Shown in pieces: positions 56,045 to 64,000 of a stretch of DNA of 64,000 nt. The notes under the pieces are model-generated. The model saw nothing but the letters and a program-made list of their open reading frames with translations. It made no database searches and was not told the origin of the DNA. The position numbers were made by a program, and so were the translations under genes. The first letter of the stretch is position 1; each line of letters begins with the position of its first letter. The stretch is from a virus (lineage: Duplodnaviria > Caudoviricetes): the IMG/VR virus record IMGVR_UViG_3300029286_000011. The stretch is one strand, 5' to 3'.

Positions 56045-56331
56045 CAGAGCAACGGTCCCGTGACAGGAATATCAATGCGGAAACGACTGACGACTTGAGG
56101 ACTGCCAAGCTTGACGAGTTCGCCTTCCTTGTCGATGGCATACGGATGGGGCACAGTATTGGACAGCCGAGGGTCCGGCAGCCCGCGAAGCTGTGCGGTC
56201 TTCATGGCAAATCGTATCGTCTCTGAGTTCTGCAGTTCCGCAATGCCCTTCTGGCCGGGCAGGTCACTTTCCAGAACAACAATACCACGGCCCAACTCAA
56301 TAATCGTCTGGTCTTCAACTACGCTAATCAT
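56044..56331 (-). CDS. Hypothetical protein
   Basis: 95-aa ORF with GGAG RBS. Confidence 0.55.
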   Translation of the reverse strand: MISVVEDQTIIELGRGIVVLESDLPGQKGIAELQNSETIRFAMKTAQLRGLPDPRLSNTVPHPYAIDKEGELVKLGSPQVVSRFRIDIPVTGPLL

Positions 56332-56389
56332 GATTTTCTCCGGTTAAAGAAATGAACACGCTCATTGTAGTGCTGCATTGAACATGCAG

Positions 56390-56668
56390 CTAGTCGATTT
56401 GTTCTACGCGTCGAATGGACGGCAGTATCTCTTCAGAGCCCCGTATGACACCACGTTCAAGCAGCTGTTCAATGGTGCCTTCTGGTAGCTCACAATCAGC
56501 TACAGAAAAACCATAGCTGTCTGCAACCTCTACATAGTCCAAGGTAGGATCGTCGTTTGAGTCATAGTCTCCATTGAGAATCTTTTCTATGGCCTCGGCA
56601 GCATCGATAGCTGTCACATGGTGCCTAGCCACATACAACTCATACTGCTCTATCGCGTAAACCGGCAT
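56390..56668 (-). CDS. Hypothetical protein
   Basis: 92-aa ORF. Confidence 0.55.
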   Translation of the reverse strand: MPVYAIEQYELYVARHHVTAIDAAEAIEKILNGDYDSNDDPTLDYVEVADSYGFSVADCELPEGTIEQLLERGVIRGSEEILPSIRRVEQID

Positions 56669-57200
56669 AGTATTTCTCGTTGCTCTTTTTCAGGTTTTCG
56701 TCAGCCACCATAGCCCCCACATGACAGACCAGCCAGTCTGCCAGATTTTCTGTCAGCTCATCAAACTTATGCATCATGGCCGGCAGATACTGTTCCTCAA
56801 ACACACGCGCTAGCTCCTTTTTCAACGGCTTGAGTACGACCTCTTTGGAATTCTTACGCAATGCCTTATTTAACAGAGCGCACACAGCCTCGTCCTTCTG
56901 CGCCATGTGCATGAACCACACAGGATCCATCCAGCTGGGCGGATGTTCACTCCAGTGCCAGTTGTACTCAGGGCTATGCAGCTCACATAGAAAGGCAGCA
57001 ACGAACTGCCCGACGGTATTCTCTGTGAGCATGTTCATGATTGGCCACGGACAGTCCTTGTGCGCCAGCAATGGTGTCCTGTGGTTGGGCACATACATGA
57101 CCGCGCACTCTTCGCCTGCAACTAGTGGTCGCTCTTGCACGGTCTTGGGCTTAGTCTTGTGTTGCCCGTACGGTGGCAGCACTTTTGCTTTTCTTGCCAT
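56640..57200 (-). CDS. Hypothetical protein
   Basis: 186-aa ORF with GGAG RBS. Confidence 0.55.
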   Translation of the reverse strand: MARKAKVLPPYGQHKTKPKTVQERPLVAGEECAVMYVPNHRTPLLAHKDCPWPIMNMLTENTVGQFVAAFLCELHSPEYNWHWSEHPPSWMDPVWFMHMAQKDEAVCALLNKALRKNSKEVVLKPLKKELARVFEEQYLPAMMHKFDELTENLADWLVCHVGAMVADENLKKSNEKYYAGLRDRAV

Positions 57201-57228
57201 CCAGTTCTCCTAGATTTGTGATACCTAA

Positions 57229-57463
57229 AGAAACGGGAATCGATCGTCAAAATTCCCGTTTCTCTTTTGGTGTTCTGCGATCTTAGAGTGTCTACATGTT
57301 TTCGGAGTGGTAGGGACTCCTGTAACACGCAACTCTAAGATCGCAGCCCCGGCTGACACCTTTCAGTGTCATCGGCTGAAAGATGTCAGCGAGGCAAGAT
57401 CACGGTGTCGGCGGATACCGTGCGCTAGTTATAGAGGCGCCCAATAGTTATAGAGGCGCCCAA
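57229..57463. ncRNA. Candidate structured non-coding element (four hairpins plus a tandem repeat)
   Basis: Stems of 12 bp (57229-57263), 15 bp (57275-57346), 15 bp with 1 mismatch (57352-57390) and 9 bp (57401-57422), then TAGTTATAGAGGCGCCCAA x2 (57426-57463). Confidence 0.4.
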
Positions 57464-57523
57464 AGGCGGTCGCAGATGCTAGCGTACACCTGCATAAGAT
57501 TATGCCACATAGTTCAGCAGAAT

Positions 57524-57832
57524 TTAGCTGAAGAACTGCTTCCTGGTTCTTCCTGCTCGATCTACAAATGTGACAAGCACACGGTCAACACCCAGCATCT
57601 TCTTAAGACTAAGCTTCTGGGCATTCGTGAATTCGCCTATGGCCGTACGGGCAGAGTCATAGACAGACTTGTTGATACGCGCCTTCTTACGACCACAACA
57701 ACGTGTCTTGGTCTTCTTGACGGCAGCTTGCTGTAGCTTCAGCGCCAATGTCTTGAGAGCTGGAAATGCTTTCTGTATATCGGCTCGCTTGATCAGCTGA
57801 TCAACAATCGGATCTGTTAGTTCGTAGGCCAT
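57524..57832 (-). CDS. Small basic hypothetical protein
   Basis: 102-aa ORF with an RCCGRKK segment. Confidence 0.6.
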   Translation of the reverse strand: MAYELTDPIVDQLIKRADIQKAFPALKTLALKLQQAAVKKTKTRCCGRKKARINKSVYDSARTAIGEFTNAQKLSLKKMLGVDRVLVTFVDRAGRTRKQFFS

Positions 57833-57834
57833 GC

Positions 57835-58287
57835 TCAGCCCTCCACAGAATCACTAGCTGACTCTGAACTTTCAGACGGCTCACCGCAACGGACATCCTC
57901 TGTCTCTTGCAGCTGCTCCATCCTGTTCATAGCCTCTACAAGCCCGTTCACTTCCTCGTAGATGAGCTGCCATACGTCGTCAGCCTGCGCTTGCGTAGGC
58001 AGGATGCCGTCGATAAGACTCTTCCTGAAGTAGGCAGGAATTTGTGTGTCATCCGGAGTGTTTGCCGGAAAGACAACAAGATCGAACGGCGAGGCAACAC
58101 CAACGAATCTGTCCGTGGTTGTGCCCGTATACGGATCAATGAGACGCTTCTCAAACAAGAAGATCTCGGCAGGCATATTGAGCGGGTCGTAGGCCTCGAC
58201 AATGAAGCGAAAGCCATCGCCGCGATTGGCAACGAACAGCCGCGTTTGCGCGTGACGTCGAAGGTTGATTCCTCGTGCTGTAGCCAT
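57835..58287 (-). CDS. Hypothetical (possibly structural) protein
   Basis: 150-aa ORF. Confidence 0.6.
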   Translation of the reverse strand: MATARGINLRRHAQTRLFVANRGDGFRFIVEAYDPLNMPAEIFLFEKRLIDPYTGTTTDRFVGVASPFDLVVFPANTPDDTQIPAYFRKSLIDGILPTQAQADDVWQLIYEEVNGLVEAMNRMEQLQETEDVRCGEPSESSESASDSVEG

Positions 58288-58373
58288 TTAACGTACCTCG
58301 TGAACGACATATACGTCAGCTTTTCTGCTGGCGGTATATCTCATCCTAACAGCCATTACAGCGACAAGACAGA

Positions 58374-60407
58374 TCAAGAATACCAGTTGTACGAAGTTGT
58401 CACATGGGCCGCATTGACAGGCAATACGTGCAGTAGCTTACGTTGCGTATCAATGGATCTGAGCTCATAGCCACCCTGCCACAGCTGCTCACCAATGCAG
58501 ATTTCAAGGCTATCATCCGAGACACGAACGTCCGGTACTAGGCAGTCAGCAATCGCGCTCTTGGCTATGACCCAGACACCGCGCGTAGGGTAGTGAATGG
58601 TGTTTCCGTTAGGCGCCTCTGTGCCTAGCTTCGTGCGAAAGCCACGACCTTTGAACCATGGTGAGTTCCTAAACCAGTCTCTTGGATCTTTGACGCCATC
58701 AGTCTGCAGTATGTGCATTTGCTTATGGCACAGCATACCGAGCGGGGCTTTACCGGGTCTCGCTATTTCCTCGGACAACATCTGTAACCATCTACTGCCA
58801 GCTGGCACATAACAATCATCATCAAACCAAGCTAGCCAGGGCGTGCCTATTGGCAAGCTAGCGTCTGAGAATGCGCTTCGCATTAACGCGGCTTTAGAAT
58901 CACCACCACTGGCCACGTACACCTTGCTGACAGGCAGGGTGTCCAAGTACTTCATAGTGTGTGTAGATACGTTTCGGCACAGTACACGCAGATCTAACTT
59001 GGACGGAGGCAGACTGCTGACAATCGAGTGCAGGCATCTTCGATGCTTATCAATGTGATTGTCGTTGCAATACACGCACACTGTGAGTCGACCACCTACA
59101 GCAGGATTCTCCAATGCAGTAAGCTGCACATGCTGCGGATGCACGATAGCTGGGCCAGTTTGTTTATCCGACATAATCGACGGTGGTCGAACTAGCTCTG
59201 GTTCTCTGACTATCTCTGGAAGATACGACTCGTTAATGGACATAGACTCGTCAGGAATAAAGAACTCGTCAGGATCCGTTGTCGGCCCCCGCAACGCAGC
59301 TTGTACGGCTGCATTAAAGACGGCTTCGTCAGCATAAGTATTCTTTGGTTTGCCTATTGGAGGCATGGCGATATCTCCTGCAACTCGTGCCGGCGGGGGC
59401 AGCAGGCCTTGTTCGTAATACCACATGACAGCTTCGATCACATGGTCTGTTGTTATCATGTCCATACAGCGTGGTGTAAAGCCGCCGTATATAGGCACAG
59501 GTTGATGGCATAGGCTGCCATCCATGAGCTTGCCTTCTGGGCTTTTACGTCGATCATTTAGCGGCACCGTGCGCCGCCGCCAGCAGCCTTTACGGCAGCA
59601 TGGTAGTAAGCCTTGTGTATGTAGGTACTGGTGCGGCATCTGCACAGCACTTGCTGCAGGCCCAAACTGTTTGAAGTTATCAAACTCGTTGTAGGCTTCC
59701 CACCAAACATCTTCACGACCGCCACCCAACACAACGCAAGGCTTATCAAGAGCTGCAGCGAGATGCATCATGAACGTTATACCGCATACAACGCCTTCAG
59801 CATGATACACATTGACGATCAAGTCTCGCACACTAGTTTGTCCAAGAAGGCACAGCGCGTTATCTAGCTGTGTGTGCATATGTTCGCTTTTGTGTGTAGC
59901 GCCCTCCTGCACAAATCTAAGACCCAGGGGTCGTAACCTATTCACGACCTCCTGATAGCGATGCTGCGGCCAGATCTTCGTGGTCATATCCGATTTTCCA
60001 CCGGGCACGATAACCCAGTAGCGTCCGGAGACCATTGGTGACTTCTTCTCTTCCTCGCTGATATGTATGTCCGGCTTTGGTGCAGTGCACGGTACACGTA
60101 TGCCTGTGAGTCTTGCGAATTCTCTATGAAAGGCTGTAACGAAGTGCTCGTGATAACCACGCCGAGCTCGGCCTAGGCTGCTTCGGTAAGTACCACGGCT
60201 ATTGAAATCTAGTGACACAAGCCCAACAGTGTTACGGGCCATTTTCGTCAGATACGGATTGTTGTGCCACAGCGCCGGATAGTTGGTGTCGACATCAATC
60301 AGGTACTTGTCGCCATATGTAAGCTTTATATCCCGAACCAGGGCTGTGAGCATAGTCACATCACCGGCAGCCATGCGGAAACGTAGCATGAACTTTTTCT
60401 GGCTCAT
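58374..60407 (-). CDS. Two-domain glycosyltransferase (GT9-like + GT-A)
   Basis: AAGDVTML..LVR, WVIVPGG, TSVRDL..VYHAEGVV..ITFMMHLAAAL..P.VVL (GT9/heptosyltransferase-like); C-terminal WFDDDCY domain. Confidence 0.8.
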   Translation of the reverse strand: MSQKKFMLRFRMAAGDVTMLTALVRDIKLTYGDKYLIDVDTNYPALWHNNPYLTKMARNTVGLVSLDFNSRGTYRSSLGRARRGYHEHFVTAFHREFARLTGIRVPCTAPKPDIHISEEEKKSPMVSGRYWVIVPGGKSDMTTKIWPQHRYQEVVNRLRPLGLRFVQEGATHKSEHMHTQLDNALCLLGQTSVRDLIVNVYHAEGVVCGITFMMHLAAALDKPCVVLGGGREDVWWEAYNEFDNFKQFGPAASAVQMPHQYLHTQGLLPCCRKGCWRRRTVPLNDRRKSPEGKLMDGSLCHQPVPIYGGFTPRCMDMITTDHVIEAVMWYYEQGLLPPPARVAGDIAMPPIGKPKNTYADEAVFNAAVQAALRGPTTDPDEFFIPDESMSINESYLPEIVREPELVRPPSIMSDKQTGPAIVHPQHVQLTALENPAVGGRLTVCVYCNDNHIDKHRRCLHSIVSSLPPSKLDLRVLCRNVSTHTMKYLDTLPVSKVYVASGGDSKAALMRSAFSDASLPIGTPWLAWFDDDCYVPAGSRWLQMLSEEIARPGKAPLGMLCHKQMHILQTDGVKDPRDWFRNSPWFKGRGFRTKLGTEAPNGNTIHYPTRGVWVIAKSAIADCLVPDVRVSDDSLEICIGEQLWQGGYELRSIDTQRKLLHVLPVNAAHVTTSYNWYS

Positions 60408-62467
60408 TGCAGTGCCCTGATAAGCGATGCTCGACTAACTAGCTCGTTTCTAAAGCTTAGTTCCAGCATGTTGAGTCGTTGTTTGTTGGCCAGGGCAGTT
60501 CTTGCAACTGTGTCAGTGTGCAGCTTCGTTATTAGCTCGGCCGCCGATGCAGGCTGCTCATGAGCTACAATACCATCTTGCAGATTTTCCACACACGGGA
60601 CTGCCGATGACGTTATAGCCGGCGTGCCGCAAAGTATAGACTCTGCAGCAGAATAACACCAGGTTTCTGAGTGGCTCATGTGCATAGTGCAGGTTAAGCC
60701 AGCGAATACGTCGTATGACTTTTGCTTATCTCTTACGTGCACATCGTGTGCAACAGGCTGCAGTTGCAGCGCGGCTATAAGCGCCTTGTAGCCGGCATGC
60801 TGCAACATTCGATCAAATACATGCGGCGTAGCCTTGGCCAGTGCGCAGGCTGCTAGTGCGTTGGCGTGATTCTTTCTACCTACCCCTGCCGCCAGTAAAC
60901 CTACAGCAGGTCGTTCGCCAGGACTGTAGCTTTCTGGAACACTTACAAGGCCGGGTGCCACAACATTTGGTAACCAATAGCAACGTACGTGTTGTGCTTG
61001 TAGCAGATCAGCCAAAGGCTTAGATGAGGCAAACAGACACCACAGCTTGCCCTTACGTACGGCGTTAATAGCCTCATTGAGCCTTACAAGTTCATCGCCT
61101 AGCTCGCTTTGTGCTAGCGCTGATTGCCACCATACGCCGACACGACCACGAGCAGACAGGCTTTGAAGCCTGCCCATGACGTCATTATTCCAGGCTGACA
61201 CTATGAGCAGCTTGAACTTGGCTGGTGCACATTCAACAGTGCGAACATTGTGAACAGACGAGAAATGTTCAACAGCTGTACGACAGCCTGGATGAGGCGG
61301 TAGCAGCAAGTCGACATCCAGCCCGCAGGGGTTCGCATTAACCGCCGAAGTAGCTGCGTGCTCTAAGGCTAACGCCCAATCGTCGTGTTCTGTTATCCAG
61401 GCCGCACGTTGTAGGGCTGCAGGATTGCCGTTACAGCCTGTCTTAATTGCTCTACGCACAGCTGTAAGCCATTCGTCGGTCGTAGCGGTCAACGGCAGGC
61501 CAATGCCGGCAGAGTCGCCCACAAGCCGTGCAGGGTGTCCTAGTGCCGTATAGACAATACTGCAGCCTGCAGACATTGCCTCAGCCATAACCCTGGAGTA
61601 CGACTCTGACAGAAAGGTAGGATGGGCTAGTACAGCAGCCTGCCTAAACTTGGCCAACATCACGTCAGGTGCTAGATGATCGGACTCTGGTGAGTCGTAA
61701 GCCAGGACCTCTGTATCAAACTCGCGCTGCAAAGCTTGCACTATGTCCTTGCGCATCTTGTTATAGCCGACAATCAACACTTTGCTGCGCGCTGTATCGT
61801 TAGGTTCTGTACTCATATGGTGTGGTGGTCTGGCGATGGCAATACGCTGTGCCGGCACGCCTAGTCTGGCCAGCAGATCACGAGAAAATGTGGAGTTCGT
61901 CAGTACGCCATCGAAGTTGGCAAGTACTTCGAAGTGTTCACTAGGGCGCAGATCGCAATGCACTGCTGACGCAAGAGGCACTAGTCCTCGCCAGTAGGCC
62001 ACACGGGCTAGCTTATGCCCTGGCCATTTGGCTGCTGCCTCCCAGAAGCCATTGCTGCCCGTGATCAACAGGTTTGGTTTGCACTCTGTGGCAGCGGCAA
62101 CGACTTCAGCCGGGGTGGCGTTCTCACAGAATATGTAGCGCACACCGTTGATTACTTCGGCGGGAGGCGGTGTGCCGCCAGAATAGTAGGCCACAACACA
62201 GTGCCCACTTGCAGCCAGGCTAGTGAGGTAGGCGTCTAAAGACCAGGCAGCACCGCCTGTATGAGGCCACAGCAGACTAGAAGCAGATGCGATAAGAAAC
62301 TTGCCATGCTCTCGGGCATCCTCACAGCCCTCTATTTCGCCTGTGTCGGGCGGCTGCTCAGCTCGGCATGTGGCGACAATCGAACGTCCTCTGTACGTAG
62401 CTTTGCGGCCACAATACCTACAAAAGACAGTTTCGCCGTAGGCCCCTAGCTTAAACTTACACTGCAT
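60404..62467 (-). CDS. Tandem GT4-like glycosyltransferase
   Basis: LAHPTFLSESYSRVMAEAMSAGCSIV and HMSHSETWCYSAAESILCGTPAI: two GT-B donor-binding motifs. Confidence 0.8.
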   Translation of the reverse strand: MQCKFKLGAYGETVFCRYCGRKATYRGRSIVATCRAEQPPDTGEIEGCEDAREHGKFLIASASSLLWPHTGGAAWSLDAYLTSLAASGHCVVAYYSGGTPPPAEVINGVRYIFCENATPAEVVAAATECKPNLLITGSNGFWEAAAKWPGHKLARVAYWRGLVPLASAVHCDLRPSEHFEVLANFDGVLTNSTFSRDLLARLGVPAQRIAIARPPHHMSTEPNDTARSKVLIVGYNKMRKDIVQALQREFDTEVLAYDSPESDHLAPDVMLAKFRQAAVLAHPTFLSESYSRVMAEAMSAGCSIVYTALGHPARLVGDSAGIGLPLTATTDEWLTAVRRAIKTGCNGNPAALQRAAWITEHDDWALALEHAATSAVNANPCGLDVDLLLPPHPGCRTAVEHFSSVHNVRTVECAPAKFKLLIVSAWNNDVMGRLQSLSARGRVGVWWQSALAQSELGDELVRLNEAINAVRKGKLWCLFASSKPLADLLQAQHVRCYWLPNVVAPGLVSVPESYSPGERPAVGLLAAGVGRKNHANALAACALAKATPHVFDRMLQHAGYKALIAALQLQPVAHDVHVRDKQKSYDVFAGLTCTMHMSHSETWCYSAAESILCGTPAITSSAVPCVENLQDGIVAHEQPASAAELITKLHTDTVARTALANKQRLNMLELSFRNELVSRASLIRALQ

Positions 62468-62469
62468 GA

Positions 62470-63051
62470 TTAGGCCGTGATATCTAACGTCACGCCAGTA
62501 TGATCACACCAGGCACCTGGTTTCGGATCAATTGGATCGACCGTTAGACTAACATTTAAGCTGCTTAGCTCATAGGGATCCACGTCAGAATCTTCGTCAT
62601 ACGCCGTGATAGTCCACTCAGCTCCATCTTGAGGGCCTATGGTGAGTGTTACGTCAATGCGCCTTGTACGTGTCGAAGGTGTATACGATATAGTCACAAA
62701 GAAAGACACATAGCCATACTCGTAGTTCTCAGAACCAGGGCAGCCGACTTTTGCCACTTGATCGACACTGTATGTTGTGTAGCAAGTGCTAGCAGACCCT
62801 ACGTTGTCGTCGACAAGGTCAACGACGTAGTCGGCATCAAACCTACTGCAGGTAGGCGTTATAGGATCTTCGGACGTTCCGCAGTTGTCGATGTTGTTTG
62901 TAGAGCCGCTTATACGAAGTGTCAGACTATCCGGGGCGCTCTCATCTGAATATGACTTGCAATCGCCGGGATCTTCACCACAGCAACAATCCTCGGACAT
63001 GGCGATCTGTCCATCTACGAACAGTATCGCGCCCTCGTAGAACACAACCAT
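62470..63051 (-). CDS. Cys-containing tail-associated hypothetical protein
   Basis: Start MVVFYEG just after the tail-fibre stop; EDCCCG motif. Confidence 0.55.
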   Translation of the reverse strand: MVVFYEGAILFVDGQIAMSEDCCCGEDPGDCKSYSDESAPDSLTLRISGSTNNIDNCGTSEDPITPTCSRFDADYVVDLVDDNVGSASTCYTTYSVDQVAKVGCPGSENYEYGYVSFFVTISYTPSTRTRRIDVTLTIGPQDGAEWTITAYDEDSDVDPYELSSLNVSLTVDPIDPKPGAWCDHTGVTLDITA

Positions 63052-63055
63052 GGCA

Positions 63056-64000
63056 TTACTCCGGTGGTTCTGGACACTCGGTACCTTCGTGCCATGTTTC
63101 TGTTGTTTCTGGCTCTTCGGCAGACGACAATGCCGATACGAAACACTCAAGCTTAGTGAGTGTCAGATCCGTACCATCAACTGCAATCTCCGTAACAGCC
63201 TCAATCGAGCTTGGCGCCCACGACATGACCTTTCCGTCGTCACTTACAAAGATCGGAGTACCGCTTGCTAGCTTTGCACCAGAAGGTATTATCCAGCCGT
63301 CGACAGTAATGCTGCTTCCGCCAGTTACACTTGCACTGGCAGTTCCACCGCCTGTTAAGTCTTGAGTTAGTGTTGCGGCAGTTACTGCTTTGAAAGAGTT
63401 AGTTCTGAATTCGAAAGAGTTGTGATCGGCAGTCTTCCAATTGCTTAACGCTGTGCCGTTGACCTTATCACCTTGGGCGTAGCCGGCTTTATTCCAGTCC
63501 TCACCAGCACCATCTACAGTGAATCGAACAGTACCTGGAACAGTAGGCACGTAGTGAAAATTGTTGGTCACACCTGTGCCTGATCCGGTTCCGACCGGGG
63601 GGTCACCAGTAGGGACGACGGCTATCGTGATGGGCATAGCCGGAACTACCGATACTTCGACCTCAACAAGATATCTAGTGACGTTGTTAGACGTCATGAC
63701 ACCAAGGATCACGCCAATAGCCCACACGTTCATATTTTGAACGCCTAGATTGTTTGCCGAGGGCGCGTGTTTCACATAACAATCTAGGACGTCTTGTGTC
63801 CAGGTTGATCCGTCGTAATGCGTAAGGTACAACGTGCCATTGTAGTATTCGCCGCCTATAAGCGTTGTGACATGCACCACAACGGCAGCGCCATTTATAC
63901 CGACAGCGCCAGAGGCGCCTTGAGCCCCTTGCGGACCGGCGACACCGTTCAGGCCGTTTAAGCCAGGCACGCCCTGTGAACCTTGCGGGCCGGCTGCACC
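63056..64000 (-). CDS. Collagen-like tail fibre protein (5' end beyond window)
   Basis: Gly-X-Y run GAAGPQGSQGVPGLNGLNGVAGPQGAQGASGAVGING; the frame is open to the window edge. Confidence 0.75.
   Translation of the reverse strand, partial: GAAGPQGSQGVPGLNGLNGVAGPQGAQGASGAVGINGAAVVVHVTTLIGGEYYNGTLYLTHYDGSTWTQDVLDCYVKHAPSANNLGVQNMNVWAIGVILGVMTSNNVTRYLVEVEVSVVPAMPITIAVVPTGDPPVGTGSGTGVTNNFHYVPTVPGTVRFTVDGAGEDWNKAGYAQGDKVNGTALSNWKTADHNSFEFRTNSFKAVTAATLTQDLTGGGTASASVTGGSSITVDGWIIPSGAKLASGTPIFVSDDGKVMSWAPSSIEAVTEIAVDGTDLTLTKLECFVSALSSAEEPETTETWHEGTECPEPPE

Noticed and set aside
57426-57463. 19-bp direct repeat as a CRISPR array
   Set aside because: Only two abutting copies and no spacer.
1-64000. 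tRNA/rRNA genes and stop-codon reassignment
   Set aside because: No tRNA T-loop or cloverleaf was recognised by eye (tRNAscan not run). Genes tile densely under the standard code and all three stop codons are used.
63880-64000. Periodic GC-rich repeat at the window end
   Set aside because: Explained by collagen Gly-X-Y codons.

Overview
A 64 kb slice of a large (probably jumbo) tailed dsDNA phage genome read in the standard genetic code. Genes are densely packed and almost all on the minus strand; the only clear plus-strand genes are the terminase with its nested endonuclease and ORF 53156-54355. Recognisable modules: (1) low-complexity putative virion proteins, a glycosyltransferase cluster and a probable portal (1-11.9 kb); (2) nucleotide and recombination accessory genes such as a RuvC-like resolvase and a MazG-like NTP pyrophosphatase; (3) a replication/recombination operon with RecA-like recombinase, family A DNA polymerase carrying an N-terminal UDG-like domain and split by an HNH-encoding group I intron, primase, DnaB-like and SF2 helicases, SbcC/SbcD and RNase H; (4) a large terminase interrupted by a 512-aa intein whose LAGLIDADG endonuclease is encoded in a different, overlapping reading frame; (5) a second glycosyltransferase pair beside a collagen-like tail fibre. 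Most interesting: the dual-frame intein, an adjacent pair of a RAMP/Cas7-like gene and an IS110/Nop-like gene followed by a structured intergenic segment, a 16-bp palindrome (TAATTAGCGCTAATTA) repeated six times at or near gene junctions, stand-alone RNA-polymerase-like fragments, and a multi-hairpin intergenic region near 57.3 kb. All family calls come from motif recognition by eye; no database searches were run. A Planctomycetota host is only a weak impression from the style of some Cys-rich proteins.
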